Source: Blastocatellia bacterium
GTDB taxonomy: Bacteria > Acidobacteriota > Blastocatellia > UBA7656
DNA: 64,000 nucleotides
NCBI GenBank assembly: GCA_963765495.1
Contig: CAVXWP010000003.1
Location: 32,001 to 96,000 of the forward strand
Direction: 5' to 3'
The notes beneath the pieces are model-generated. The model made no database searches and was not told where the DNA came from. It saw only the letters and a list, made by a program, of their open reading frames with translations. The position numbers were made by a program, and so were the translations under genes. The first letter of the stretch is position 1. Each line of letters starts with the position of its first letter. Positions 17,849-28,662 of this stretch are shown here, piece after piece.

Positions 17849-20284
17849 ATGGCAACTACAATAAAGGAAACTAGTACTTACGCAGCAATCTCGGCATACG
17901 GCACGGCCCGCTCGACGGTCGAGGGATCCCCGCTCAGTCCCGAAGAGTTGGAACAGACAGACGCTTACTGGCGGGCAAGCCTATACCTCTGCCTGGGCAT
18001 GCTATACCTCAAGGACAACCCTTTGCTGCGAGAACCGCTGAGGTTGGAGCACACCAAGCCCCGACTGCTGGGCCACTGGGGATCGGACTCCGGCCAGGCC
18101 TTCACCTACATTCACTTCAACCGGCTGATCAACAAGTATGACCTGAACGCAATCTTTATCTCAGGGCCCGGCCATGGCGCGCCGGCTGTGCTATCCAACG
18201 CGTATCTCGAGGGAACTTATTCAGAGATCTATCCGGACAAGAGTGAAGACCTCGCGGGAATGCAGCGCTTCTTCAAACAGTTCTCTTTCCCCGGCGGGAT
18301 TGGCAGCCATGCCACTCCCGAAACACCCGGAAGCATCCACGAGGGCGGCGAGCTGGGCTATTGTATCTCACATGCCTACGGCACAGTTTACGACAACCCC
18401 GATTTGATTACTCTCGTCATGGTGGGCGACGGCGAGGCCGAGACCGGGCCGCTCGCCACCAGCTGGCATAGCAATAAGTTTCTCAACCCGATTAATGATG
18501 GCGCGGTGCTGCCGGTCTTGCACCTCAACGGCTACAAGATCAATAACCCTACCCTTCTGGCCCGCATCAGTCGCGAGGAACTGGAGGCGCTGTTCGTCGG
18601 CTATGGGTACACGCCTTATTTTGTGGAAGGCAGTGACCCGCCGAGCATGCACCAGGCGATGGCCGCCACCCTGGAACATTGTATCCTGGAAATCCGCAAA
18701 ATCCAGGAGGAGGCACGCTGCACGGGGAAGGCGGTTCGACCACGCTGGCCCATGATTATCCTGCGCAGCCCCAAAGGCTGGACGGCCCCGCGGGAGGTGG
18801 ATGGCCACTACCTCGAAGGTTTCTGGCGGGCGCATCAGGTCCCACTGGGGGACCTCGCCACTAACCCCGGTCACCTTAAGGTGCTCGAAACCTGGTTGCG
18901 CAGCTACAAGCCGGAGGAGCTTTTCGACGAGGAGGGCCGGCTGCTGCCCGAATTTAAGGTCCTTGCTCCGAAAGGAGAGCGCCGGATGAGCGCCAACCCG
19001 ATTGCCAACGGCGGTCTGTTACGCAGACCCCTGGTGATGCCGGATTTTCGCGACTTCGCCGTCGAAGTCAAGACACCCGGCGCGACTTTGGCCGGTAGCG
19101 TCTCCACCTTCGGTAACTTCCTACGAGAAGTGATGCGGCTCAACATGCAGAATTTCCGCGTCTTCGGGCCTGATGAGACTGAGTCCAACCAGCTCCATGC
19201 CCTCTATGAAGTCGGCAAGAAGGTTTGGCTCGGCGAGTACTTCCCGGAAGACGCCGATGGCGGCGAGCTGGCCCCGGACGGCCGCGTCATGGAGATGCTC
19301 AGCGAGCATACCGTGGAAGGGTGGCTGGAGGGCTATATTCTGAGCGGGCGGCACGGCTTGATTAACAGCTATGAGCCGTTCGTTCACGTTATCGACTCGA
19401 TGTTCAATCAGCATGCCAAGTGGCTGGAAAAGTGCAACGAGTTGTCCTGGCGAGCCAAGATAGCTTCGCTCAACCTGCTGATCACCGGCCTGGTGTGGCG
19501 GCAGGACCACAATGGCTTCACGCACCAGGACCCTGGCTTTCTCGACGTGGTGGCCAATAAGAGCCCCGAGGTTGTACGTATTTATCTGCCGCCTGACGCC
19601 AACTGCCTGCTCTCGGTCGGCGATCACTGCCTGAACAGCATCAACTACATCAATGTGATGGTCGCAGACAAGAAGGTTCACTTACAATATCTGGATATGG
19701 AAGCAGCGATCACGCACTGCACGAAGGGCGTCGGGATCTGGGACTGGGCCAGCAGTGACCAGGGCGCCGAGCCGGACGTGGTGATGGCGAGCTGCGGTGA
19801 CGTGCCAACGATGGAGTCGCTGGCCGCCACGGCCCTGCTTCGCCAGCACCTGCCCGATGTGAAGGTGAGATTCGTGAACGTCGTTGACCTGTTCAGGCTG
19901 GTGCCGCATACAGAACACCCGCACGGTCTGACCGATTCGGAGTTCGAGGCGATCTTCACCCCGGACAAACCCGTGGTCTTCAACTTTCACGGCTACCCGT
20001 GGTTGATCCACCGCCTCACCTACCGCAGGCCAGGTCAGCACCACATTCACGTGCGCGGCTACAAGGAACAGGGCAACATCAACACACCGTTAGAGCTAGC
20101 CATTCGCAATCAGGCCGATCGCTTCAGCCTGGCAATCGATGCCCTTGACCGCATGCCCCGTTTCCAAGTCAAAGGCGCCAGCGTTCGCGAGACCCTGGTG
20201 AACCAGCAGATCGCGTGTAAAAGATACGCCCACGAGTTCGGCGTGGATAAGCCCGAGATCACCGACTGGAATTGGCCATTTTAG
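17849..20284 (+). CDS. xfp: Xylulose-5-P/fructose-6-P phosphoketolase
   Basis: [33 protein letters not shown] motif and [11 protein letters not shown]. Confidence 0.97.
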   Translation: MATTIKETSTYAAISAYGTARSTVEGSPLSPEELEQTDAYWRASLYLCLGMLYLKDNPLLREPLRLEHTKPRLLGHWGSDSGQAFTYIHFNRLINKYDLNAIFISGPGHGAPAVLSNAYLEGTYSEIYPDKSEDLAGMQRFFKQFSFPGGIGSHATPETPGSIHEGGELGYCISHAYGTVYDNPDLITLVMVGDGEAETGPLATSWHSNKFLNPINDGAVLPVLHLNGYKINNPTLLARISREELEALFVGYGYTPYFVEGSDPPSMHQAMAATLEHCILEIRKIQEEARCTGKAVRPRWPMIILRSPKGWTAPREVDGHYLEGFWRAHQVPLGDLATNPGHLKVLETWLRSYKPEELFDEEGRLLPEFKVLAPKGERRMSANPIANGGLLRRPLVMPDFRDFAVEVKTPGATLAGSVSTFGNFLREVMRLNMQNFRVFGPDETESNQLHALYEVGKKVWLGEYFPEDADGGELAPDGRVMEMLSEHTVEGWLEGYILSGRHGLINSYEPFVHVIDSMFNQHAKWLEKCNELSWRAKIASLNLLITGLVWRQDHNGFTHQDPGFLDVVANKSPEVVRIYLPPDANCLLSVGDHCLNSINYINVMVADKKVHLQYLDMEAAITHCTKGVGIWDWASSDQGAEPDVVMASCGDVPTMESLAATALLRQHLPDVKVRFVNVVDLFRLVPHTEHPHGLTDSEFEAIFTPDKPVVFNFHGYPWLIHRLTYRRPGQHHIHVRGYKEQGNINTPLELAIRNQADRFSLAIDALDRMPRFQVKGASVRETLVNQQIACKRYAHEFGVDKPEITDWNWPF

Positions 20285-20286
20285 AT

Positions 20287-20338
20287 GCTAGAGGCGAGGG
20301 GCTAGAGAAAACATCCAGTCGCTAGCCTCTAGCCCCTC
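20287..20338. repeat. Heptamer (GCTAGAG/CTCTAGC) repeat hairpin between xfp and ackA
   Basis: GAGGGGCTAGAG (20296-20307) pairs with CTCTAGCCCCTC (20327-20338). Confidence 0.7.
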
Positions 20339-20351
20339 TGTAAGGTTTATT

Positions 20352-21599
20352 ATGAACGTATTGATTCTCAATTGCGGCAGCTCGACGGTCAAGTTCCAAC
20401 TCATCGCCACAGACCTCGACGAGATCAGCCGCAACGCCGACCGCCGATTGGCGCGTGGTGTCATCGAACGCATCGGCGGCGAAGCTATCATTACTACGAA
20501 AGTCGAAGGCCGCGCCCAGCAACGCTCGACCGCTTCCTTGCATGATATGCGCGCCGCCGTCGATTACATCATTCGCTGGGCTTCATCAGAGGCCGCAGGC
20601 ATCGAGGGCATCCGCGGCGTGGCAGACATTCACGCCGTCGGCCACCGTGTCGTCCACGGCGGGGAGCGCTTCACGCATTCCGTGCTTATCACCGACGAAG
20701 TGCTCGACGGCATCGAAGATATGATCGAGCTTGCGCCGCTTCACAACCCCGCCAACATCAAAGGCATTCAGGCGGCCAGAGACCTGTTCGGGCCGGGCCT
20801 GCCGCAGGTCGCCGTCTTTGACACGGCGTTTCATCAAACGCTTCTCGAACGCGCTTACCTCTACGCAATTCCCTATCAGTTTTATCGCCGCTACAAGGTG
20901 CGGCGCTATGGCTTTCACGGCACCTCGCATCGTTACGTCGCCTATCGCTACCGGATGCTGCGCGGCCTGACGCGCGAAGAAACGAACGTTATCACTCTGC
21001 ACCTCGGCAACGGTTGCTCGGCGGCGGCGATCAAGAACGGCGACTCGCTAGACACCTCGATGGGCATGACGCCGCTCGAAGGCCTGGTGATGGGCACGCG
21101 CGCGGGCGACATTGACCCGGCCATCATTGACTTCCTCGCCGTCAAAGAGGGACTGTCCATCCAACAGATCGAAGCCATGTTGAACAAGCAGTCGGGACTG
21201 ATCGGCATATCGGGACTGACGAATGACATGCGCGAGCTGCTCGAAGAGGCTCATGAAAATAACGACCGCCGCGCGCGTCTGGCGATTGAGATTTTCTGCT
21301 ACCGGGCGCGCAAATACATCGGCGCATATCTCGCTGCGATGGGCGGGGCGGACGCGGTCGTCTTCACGGGCGGCATCGGCGAGAACGCGCCGGAGATTCG
21401 CGGGCTGATCTGCGAAGGCTTTGAGTGGGCCGGCCTTGAGTTGGACGGGGAACGCAACGCGAGTTGCACGGGCGGGCGTGAAGGCTTGATCAGCACCGAC
21501 GCGTCGCGGCTGGCAGCCTACACGATTCCGACCGACGAAGAGTTATTGATTGCGCGCGACACCGTACGCTCGGTGCGCGGCGCGCCGCAACAGTATTAG
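20352..21599 (+). CDS. ackA: Acetate kinase
   Basis: [28 protein letters not shown] and FTGGIGEN. Confidence 0.97.
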   Translation: MNVLILNCGSSTVKFQLIATDLDEISRNADRRLARGVIERIGGEAIITTKVEGRAQQRSTASLHDMRAAVDYIIRWASSEAAGIEGIRGVADIHAVGHRVVHGGERFTHSVLITDEVLDGIEDMIELAPLHNPANIKGIQAARDLFGPGLPQVAVFDTAFHQTLLERAYLYAIPYQFYRRYKVRRYGFHGTSHRYVAYRYRMLRGLTREETNVITLHLGNGCSAAAIKNGDSLDTSMGMTPLEGLVMGTRAGDIDPAIIDFLAVKEGLSIQQIEAMLNKQSGLIGISGLTNDMRELLEEAHENNDRRARLAIEIFCYRARKYIGAYLAAMGGADAVVFTGGIGENAPEIRGLICEGFEWAGLELDGERNASCTGGREGLISTDASRLAAYTIPTDEELLIARDTVRSVRGAPQQY

Positions 21600-21655
21600 A
21601 TCGAGTCTCATGGTCAGGGCTTTAACCGACGGAGAACTCAAATAGGAGTAACGCA

Positions 21656-24169
21656 ATGAAAGCGGAAAAACAAAATAGATCCGTTACCGCCACCTCGATG
21701 GAATCCGACATATCGAAGCTCATGGAGCAATACGGCAGCGGGTCGGTTCAGTTTACCAAGGCCGACGATGCGCTTTACGAGCGGCACCTCGTCTTTGACA
21801 ACGTTATGGAAAGGACGACGATCCGCGCCCGCGAGCGTTTTGAGGCCTTCGCCCGCTCCGTGCGCGATGTTCTCTCGCAGAGATGGGTGCATACGGAGAC
21901 GACTTACCAGCGCGAGAATGCGAAGCGCGTTTATTATCTCTCGATGGAGTTTCTCCTCGGCCGCTCGTTGGCCAACAACATCACCAACCTTCTGCTCGCC
22001 CCGATCGTGAAGGAAGTGCTCAAGCGGGAGAACCTCGATTGGCATGAATTGCTGGAGCAGGAGCCCGACGCGGGGCTGGGTAATGGCGGCCTCGGACGCC
22101 TGGCGGCCTGCTTCCTCGACTCGATGGCGACGATGCAAATCCCGGCCATGGGTTATGGCCTGCGCTACGAATACGGCATCTTCAAACAAGCCATCCAGGA
22201 TGGCTGGCAACAGGAACTGCCCGACAACTGGCTCCGTCGACCCGACCCATGGGAAGTTGCGCGTCCATATGAGAGCGTGGAAGTGAGGCTCAATTGCTCG
22301 TTCGAGTTGAGCGGCGGGACCTTGCAGCCGGTCGTTGGCCGGCCTACCAGGTTGATCGGCATTCCGTTCGATCGTCCCGTAGTAGGTTACGGCGGCAAGA
22401 CCATCAACACATTGCGTCTCTGGGCCGCGGCCGCGCACGATTACTTCAATTTTCAAGAATTCAGTAGCGGCGATTTCGTCGGCGCGCTGGCCGAGACGCT
22501 CAAGGCCGAATCGCTGACCCGTGTGTTGTATCCCGACGACCACACCCCTATGGGGCAGGGATTGCGCTTTGTGCAGGAGTATTTTCTCGTCGCCTGCTCG
22601 CTGGCCGATCTGGTGCGGCGGTTCCGGGCCAGCAACCTCGACTGGGGCGCGCTTCCCCGTCAAGTCGCCATACAGCTCAACGACACGCATCCGACGATGG
22701 CGGTCCCGGAGCTGATGCGAATTCTGCTCGACGAAGCGCATCTCGGCTGGGACGAGGCCTGGCAGATCACACAAAAGACTCTCTGCTACACTAACCACAC
22801 GCTGCTCCCCGAGGCGCTTGAGAAATGGCCGCTCGCTCATTTTGAGCTGATGCTGCCGCGCCAATTGGAGATCATCCTCGAGATCAATCGCCGCCTGCTT
22901 GACGAGGTCCGCACACGGCATCCGGGCGACGAGGGCCGCATCAAGCGCGTGAGCCTAGTGGAGGAAGGCCCAACCAGGCAGGTCCGCATGGCCAACCTGG
23001 CTATCGTCGGCTCGCACAGCACCAACGGCGTCGCCGAGATTCACTCTCGGCTGCTGAGGACGACGACCGTTAAGGAACTCGCCGAGATGTTTCCCGAGCG
23101 TTTCAGCAACAAGACCAACGGGGTCACGCCGCGCCGCTGGCTGCTGATGGCGAACCCGGCGCTTACGCGCACGATTACCGACGCCATAGGCAATGGCTGG
23201 GTGACCGATCTCAGCCAGTTAGAAATGCTCAAACCTATGGCCGACGACCAGGCGTTATGTAACGCCTTTCTAAAGGCTAAACGCGAGGCCAAGTTGCAAT
23301 TTGCCGATTGGCTCAAGCAGACGACCGGCGAAACCATAGACCCGGACAGTATCTTTGATTGCCAGATCAAGCGCATACATGAATACAAGCGCCAACTGCT
23401 GAACGCGCTCCGGATCGTGGTGCTTTATAACTGGCTGCGGGAGAACCCGAATCTCGATATGGCGCCGCGAACCTTCTTCTTCTCCGGCAAGGCGGCACCC
23501 GCCTATCAGTTGGCTAAGGTTGTCATCAAGTTTATCAACAACCTCGCCAGCACCATCGACCGCGACCCGACGGTCCGCCGCCGGCTCAAGGTTCTGTTCC
23601 TGCCCGACTATTGTGTATCACTGGCAGAGCGACTGATCCCCGCGAGTGATGTCTCTAACCAGATCTCGACCGCCGGCTACGAAGCCAGCGGCACGAGCAA
23701 CATGAAGTTTATGATGAACGGCGCGCTGACGATCGGGACGCGCGACGGCGCGACCATCGAGATGGCAGAGGAAGCAGGCGAAGAGAATTTCTTCCTCTTC
23801 GGCCTCACCGCGGAACAGGTGGCCGCCAGCCGCGGCTGGTACAACCCGCACTGGCACTATGACAACGAGCCGGAGACGCGTGCGGCGCTGGACCTCATCT
23901 TCTCCGACCACTTCGGCCGCAATCAGCCGGGCGTCTTTGCTCCGCTCGGTGACGCGCTGTTGGACGGCGGCGACTACTATATGCATCTGGCGGATCTCAA
24001 ATCCTATCTGGAGGCGGACCAGCGGCTGCGCGACTTATATGCCGAACCCAACGCCTGGGCGCGCAAGGCGATTTTGAATGTGGCCGGCTCCGGAAAATTC
24101 TCCAGCGACCGCACGATTGCCGAATATGCAGCCGACATCTGGGACGTGAAGCCGTGTCCGGTGGAGTGA
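21656..24169 (+). CDS. glgP: Glycogen/maltodextrin phosphorylase (GT35)
   Basis: GLGNGGLGRLAACF, QLNDTHP, KRIHEYKRQ and EASGTSNMK (PLP lysine). Confidence 0.97.
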   Translation: MKAEKQNRSVTATSMESDISKLMEQYGSGSVQFTKADDALYERHLVFDNVMERTTIRARERFEAFARSVRDVLSQRWVHTETTYQRENAKRVYYLSMEFLLGRSLANNITNLLLAPIVKEVLKRENLDWHELLEQEPDAGLGNGGLGRLAACFLDSMATMQIPAMGYGLRYEYGIFKQAIQDGWQQELPDNWLRRPDPWEVARPYESVEVRLNCSFELSGGTLQPVVGRPTRLIGIPFDRPVVGYGGKTINTLRLWAAAAHDYFNFQEFSSGDFVGALAETLKAESLTRVLYPDDHTPMGQGLRFVQEYFLVACSLADLVRRFRASNLDWGALPRQVAIQLNDTHPTMAVPELMRILLDEAHLGWDEAWQITQKTLCYTNHTLLPEALEKWPLAHFELMLPRQLEIILEINRRLLDEVRTRHPGDEGRIKRVSLVEEGPTRQVRMANLAIVGSHSTNGVAEIHSRLLRTTTVKELAEMFPERFSNKTNGVTPRRWLLMANPALTRTITDAIGNGWVTDLSQLEMLKPMADDQALCNAFLKAKREAKLQFADWLKQTTGETIDPDSIFDCQIKRIHEYKRQLLNALRIVVLYNWLRENPNLDMAPRTFFFSGKAAPAYQLAKVVIKFINNLASTIDRDPTVRRRLKVLFLPDYCVSLAERLIPASDVSNQISTAGYEASGTSNMKFMMNGALTIGTRDGATIEMAEEAGEENFFLFGLTAEQVAASRGWYNPHWHYDNEPETRAALDLIFSDHFGRNQPGVFAPLGDALLDGGDYYMHLADLKSYLEADQRLRDLYAEPNAWARKAILNVAGSGKFSSDRTIAEYAADIWDVKPCPVE

Positions 24170-24262
24170 AGTCGCCGGCGAAAAGGGCGGAACCGATGTG
24201 CGAGCAGTTAGACATCGGGTTTCATATCTAGTTTTGGTCTGATCCTCGAAAGGAGACAACCC

Positions 24263-25927
24263 ATGCCGATTTCTCTACATGCAGGCAAGCCTGCCGACCG
24301 ATCGTTGCTGATCAACGTGCCCCGGCTGGTGAGAGCCTATTACACGGGGCAACCGGACCCGTCAGTCTCCACACAACGCGTCGTGTTTGGAACTTCCGGG
24401 CATCGCGGCTCCGCGCTCGACAACGCGTTCAATGAGGCGCACATCCTCGCTATCACGCAGGCGATTTGTCTCTATCGCAAGCAGCAGAGCATCGACGGAC
24501 CGCTCTACATTGGCGTCGATACGCACGCGCTTTCGGAGCCCGCTTTTGCCAGTGCCCTGGAGGTGCTGGCAGCGAACGAAGTCGAGGTGATGGTCGATGC
24601 GGACAACGGCTACACTCCTACCCCGGCAATCTCGCACGCGATTCTCACCTACAATCGCGGTCGCAAGCGCGGCCTCGCGGACGGCATCGTCATCACTCCC
24701 TCGCATAACCCGCCGCGCTTCGGCGGCTTCAAATACGATCCGCCCCACGGTGGACCCGCGGACACTCACGTCACCGGATGGATAGAACGACAGGCGAACG
24801 CCTTGATTGCCGACGGCCTGCGCGGGGTGACGAGAGTGCCGTTTGAACGTGCTCGGAGCGCTTCCACCGTTCATCCTCACCAGTACCTCGATTCCTATGT
24901 GCGCGATCTTGTGTCGGTGGTCGATCTTGAGGCCATCCGCGAGAGCAAGGTTCACATCGGCGTGGATCCGTTGGGCGGCGCAAGCCTCGCTTACTGGGAT
25001 GCGATTGGCGACCGCTACGGACTCAATCTGGAGGTCGTCAACCACGTCATCGATCCTACCTTCAGCTTCATGACGGTCGATTGGGACGGCCAGATCCGCA
25101 TGGACCCTTCGTCGGAATATGCGATGGCGCGCATGGTCGGCCTCAAGGAGCGATTCGACGTAGCCTTTGCCAGCGACACCGATGCCGATCGGCACGGAAT
25201 CGTGAGCCGCAGCCATGGGCTGATGGATCCGAACCACTATCTCTCTGTTGCGATCTCCTACCTGTTCGCCAACCGCCCGCAATGGTCGCGGTCTGTCGCC
25301 GTCGGCAAGACCGTCGTCAGCAGCTGTCTGATCGATCGCGTGGTGAAAAGGTTGGGCCTGCAGCTGACAGAAGTTCCGGTGGGGTTCAAGTGGTTCGTTG
25401 ACGGGCTGCTCGACGGCTCGCTCGGCTTCGCTGGCGAGGAGAGCGCGGGCGCCTCTTTCTTGCGGCGCGACGGGACGGTCTGGACGACGGACAAGGACGG
25501 CATCATCCCCGGCCTGCTCGCTGCCGAGATGACCTCCGTCACGGGACGCGACCCCGGCGAACTCTACCGGGAGGTGACGTGCGAGTTCGGCGAGCCCGTT
25601 TACGAGCGGATAGACGCGCCGGCCACACTCGAGCAGAAGGCGGTGCTGCATAAGCTTTCACCCGAACAGATCGAGGAGACGGAGGTGGCCGGCGAGAAGA
25701 TCATCGCGAAGCTCACGCGGGCACCTGGCAACGCCGCGCCGATCGGCGGACTGAAGATCATTACGGAGAACGGATGGTTCGCGGTGCGCCCGTCGGGCAC
25801 CGAGGACGTTTACAAGATCTATGCCGAGAGTTTTCGCGGTCGCGAGCATCTGCGCCGAATTCAGGAAGAGGCCCGGCAGATCGTTGACAGAGTCTTTGCC
25901 GCCGCGGCGAAGCGCACGGGGGCATAA
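24263..25927 (+). CDS. pgm: Phosphoglucomutase
   Basis: FGTSGHRG, TPSHNP, DTDADR, GEESAG and RPSGTE. Confidence 0.97.
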   Translation: MPISLHAGKPADRSLLINVPRLVRAYYTGQPDPSVSTQRVVFGTSGHRGSALDNAFNEAHILAITQAICLYRKQQSIDGPLYIGVDTHALSEPAFASALEVLAANEVEVMVDADNGYTPTPAISHAILTYNRGRKRGLADGIVITPSHNPPRFGGFKYDPPHGGPADTHVTGWIERQANALIADGLRGVTRVPFERARSASTVHPHQYLDSYVRDLVSVVDLEAIRESKVHIGVDPLGGASLAYWDAIGDRYGLNLEVVNHVIDPTFSFMTVDWDGQIRMDPSSEYAMARMVGLKERFDVAFASDTDADRHGIVSRSHGLMDPNHYLSVAISYLFANRPQWSRSVAVGKTVVSSCLIDRVVKRLGLQLTEVPVGFKWFVDGLLDGSLGFAGEESAGASFLRRDGTVWTTDKDGIIPGLLAAEMTSVTGRDPGELYREVTCEFGEPVYERIDAPATLEQKAVLHKLSPEQIEETEVAGEKIIAKLTRAPGNAAPIGGLKIITENGWFAVRPSGTEDVYKIYAESFRGREHLRRIQEEARQIVDRVFAAAAKRTGA

Positions 25928-25972
25928 GAACATGATGCCGCAGCAAATGCACTCGATATGGCTGAAGCCAGA
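25924..25972 (+). repeat. Imperfect direct repeat, copy 2 (partner at 17694-17742)
   Basis: ATAAGAAC-N5-GCCGCAGCAAAtGCACTCGATaTGGCtGAAGcCAGA, overlapping the pgm stop. Confidence 0.85.
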
Positions 25973-26068
25973 CGTTGACGGGTTCGACACGCTCGGTGAT
26001 TTAGCGCACAAAGCGGACGCGCTCTTCCCGCTCGAAGCGGCTCAGATATTGTGGCAGAGGTAAACGTC

Positions 26069-28150
26069 ATGAGCCATTCTTTAATTGAAGTGGATATGGA
26101 ATTGGGAAAGAGCTTCCCCCTGGGGGCGACTTGCCGAGCGGACGGCGTCAGCTTCAGCGTCTATTCCAAAGACGGCACGGCGGTCGAACTGCTCCTGTTC
26201 GACCAGGCCGACGACGCGCGCCCGTCGCGCTCGATCCTCCTCAACCCGGCTAAGCACCGGACCTATTACTACTGGCACATCTTTGTCCCCGGCCTGCGGG
26301 CGGGGCAGATCTACGGCTACCGCGTCGCTGGCCCCTACGAGCCGGAAAGAGGCTTTCGTTTCGACCCCGGCAAGGTGCTACTCGATCCCTACGGAAAGGG
26401 TGTAGTCACGCCCGCGAGCTACAGCCGGCTCGCCGCCGCCGAGCCGGGAGAGAACACCGCCACGGCGATGAAGAGTGTGGTAGTCGACCCCGGCCAGTTT
26501 GACTGGGAGGGCGATGCCCCGCCCCGCCACCCATGGGCCAAGACCGTCATCTACGAAATGCACGTCGGTGGGTTCACCCGCCACCCGAGTTCCGGCGTCG
26601 CGCCCGACAAGCGCGGCACCTACATCGGTCTGATCGAGAAGATCCCGTACCTACAGGGGCTGGGCGTCACGGCCGTCGAGCTGATGCCCGTCTTTCAATT
26701 CGACGAGCAGGACGCCCCGCCGGGGTTAAAAAACTACTGGGGATACCAGCCGGTCTCCTTCTTTGCGCCGCACTCCGGCTACAGCCTGCGCAAAGACCCG
26801 CTCGGCCCTGTGGACGAGTTCCGCGAGATGGTCAAGGCCCTGCACCGCGCAGGGCTGGAGGTCATCCTCGATGTGGTCTATAACCACACGGCAGAGGGCG
26901 GTGAGTCGGGGCCGACGCTCTGCTTCCGCGGCTTTGATAACGACCTTTACTACTTTCTCGAAAGAGACCGCTCGCGCTACTCGGACTACACGGGTGCAGG
27001 TAACACTCTCAACACGAACCGCTCGGTCGTTCGCCGGATGATCCTCGACAGCCTTCGCTACTGGGTCCAGGAGATGCGTGTGGACGGTTTCCGCTTCGAC
27101 CTGGCCTCGATCCTCGCGCGCGATGAGACGGGCCGTCCGATGCAGGACCCGCCCGCCATCTGGGACATAGAGACCGACCCGGTGCTGGCCGGGACGAAGC
27201 TGATCGCCGAGGCCTGGGACGCGGCGGGTCTCTATCAGGTCGGCAGTTTCGTCGGCGACGCGTGGAAGGAGTGGAACGGGAAGTTTCGTGACGACATCCG
27301 CAGCTTCTTGAAGGGCGACAACGGGATCGTCACCCAACTCCCGCACCGTCTTTTCGCCAGTCCCGACGTCTTCGCAGGCGAAAAGTGGGGGCAAAAACGG
27401 AGCGTCAATTTCGTGACCTGCCACGACGGGTTTACGCTGATCGATCTGGTCTCGTACAACGTCAAGCAGAACGAGAGCAACAGGGAGTGGAACCGTGACG
27501 GCACGGACGATAATCTGAGCTGGAACTGCGGCGTCGAGGGGCCGTCAGAAGACCCGAGCATCGAGGCGCTGCGCAACCGTCAGGTGAAGAACTTCTTCAC
27601 CCTCACCCTGCTGGCCGGGGGCACGCCGATGATCCTGATGGGCGACGAGGTGCGGCGCACTCAGCGCGGCAACAACAATGCCTACTGCCACGACGACGAG
27701 ACGAGCTGGTTCGACTGGACGCTGCTGGAACGGCACGGCGACGTGCATCGCTTCGTCGAGCGGCTTGTCGCCGACCGCCTGCACCTGGCCGACCAGCTAC
27801 GCTGGCACGACTGTCAAACGCTGGCGGATTTTCTACGTGAGGCTCACATTCAATTTCATGGCGTCAAACTTGATCAGCCGGATTGGAGCCACCAGTCTCA
27901 CAGCTTCGCCTTCACGGCGCGGGAGCCGTTGGGCGGGATGTTTCACCTCATGGTGAACGCCTACTGGGGGGCGCTCGCGTTCGAACTACCGGCGACAGAG
28001 GAAGACTGGGGGTGGCGGCGGTGGATAGACACGTCACTGGCGTCGCCAGAAGATATCTGCGAGGGTGTGGAAGCGCCGCCCGTCGCCGGCCCGACCTATT
28101 TAGTCCAGCCTCATTCGATAGCGTGCCTGTTCGCTCAAGCCTCCGGCTGA
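26069..28150 (+). CDS. glgX: Glycogen debranching enzyme / isoamylase (GH13)
   Basis: NYWGY, DVVYNHTAEG, DGFRFDLA, AEAWD, HDGFTL and GNNNAYC. Start could be GTG 26051. Confidence 0.96.
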   Translation: MSHSLIEVDMELGKSFPLGATCRADGVSFSVYSKDGTAVELLLFDQADDARPSRSILLNPAKHRTYYYWHIFVPGLRAGQIYGYRVAGPYEPERGFRFDPGKVLLDPYGKGVVTPASYSRLAAAEPGENTATAMKSVVVDPGQFDWEGDAPPRHPWAKTVIYEMHVGGFTRHPSSGVAPDKRGTYIGLIEKIPYLQGLGVTAVELMPVFQFDEQDAPPGLKNYWGYQPVSFFAPHSGYSLRKDPLGPVDEFREMVKALHRAGLEVILDVVYNHTAEGGESGPTLCFRGFDNDLYYFLERDRSRYSDYTGAGNTLNTNRSVVRRMILDSLRYWVQEMRVDGFRFDLASILARDETGRPMQDPPAIWDIETDPVLAGTKLIAEAWDAAGLYQVGSFVGDAWKEWNGKFRDDIRSFLKGDNGIVTQLPHRLFASPDVFAGEKWGQKRSVNFVTCHDGFTLIDLVSYNVKQNESNREWNRDGTDDNLSWNCGVEGPSEDPSIEALRNRQVKNFFTLTLLAGGTPMILMGDEVRRTQRGNNNAYCHDDETSWFDWTLLERHGDVHRFVERLVADRLHLADQLRWHDCQTLADFLREAHIQFHGVKLDQPDWSHQSHSFAFTAREPLGGMFHLMVNAYWGALAFELPATEEDWGWRRWIDTSLASPEDICEGVEAPPVAGPTYLVQPHSIACLFAQASG

Positions 28151-28204
28151 AAGGGCGGTCACGCGGACTGACACGTTGGCGGCCCGGCCAGGCGGGACAC
28201 ACTC

Positions 28205-28297
28205 GGGCATTTCACAACGTGAAGGCGGCTTGTAGAAGCCGCCAAGATATGATTCAAGATGCCGATGGCTGCGCCTGATGATCGTTAAGAAATGCCC
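28205..28297. mobile_element. Possible miniature IS remnant with 15-bp imperfect terminal inverted repeats and an internal hairpin
   Basis: GGGCATTTCACAACG ... CGTTAAGAAATGCCC (13/15). Internal GGCGGCTT-gtag-AAGCCGCC stem at 28224-28243. Confidence 0.4.
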
Positions 28298-28310
28298 TCT
28301 TTCATACCTC

Positions 28311-28389
28311 CTCAGCCACTTTATAGTTCAAACCTCAGCCATTATATGATTCCACCCACAGCCGTTCATAAAAATGTGTTTGAGCCAGT
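28311..28389. repeat. Four degenerate repeats at an exact 23-bp period
   Basis: CTCAGCCACT (28311), CTCAGCCATT (28334), CACAGCCGTT (28357), TTGAGCCAGT (28380). Confidence 0.7.
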
Positions 28390-28662
28390 TTGACCTAATC
28401 CAGATTTCAGCGTTATGAGGTTATTTGAACCTGATGCAACCATTCCCAACGCGAGCCTGTCTGTGAAAGGTTATCTAGCTGCTGACTGGTTCCAGGAAAG
28501 AGAAGGTAGCCGGTAGCAAAAGCTTAGAACGGGCCAACAGGTTGACGCATTGATCAATTCTAATGGTCTGCTGTCTCAAGTCCCAGAAGTTTGTGTGTTG
28601 CGCTAGGGTTCGGATCGCCGTACGGTTATAGATGAGACAGCACCGAAGGAGTTGAAACAATA

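Noticed and set aside
21638-25651. Minus-strand ORFs of 427 and 429 aa opposite glgP and pgm
   Set aside because: These are shadow ORFs caused by codon bias. The plus-strand genes are unambiguous.
28311-28389. Possible CRISPR array
   Set aside because: The repeats are about 10 bp and degenerate with a 23-bp period, and there are no cas genes.
28542-28557. FNR-like TTGAC..ATCAA upstream of the methyltransferase
   Set aside because: The spacer is 6 nt instead of 4.
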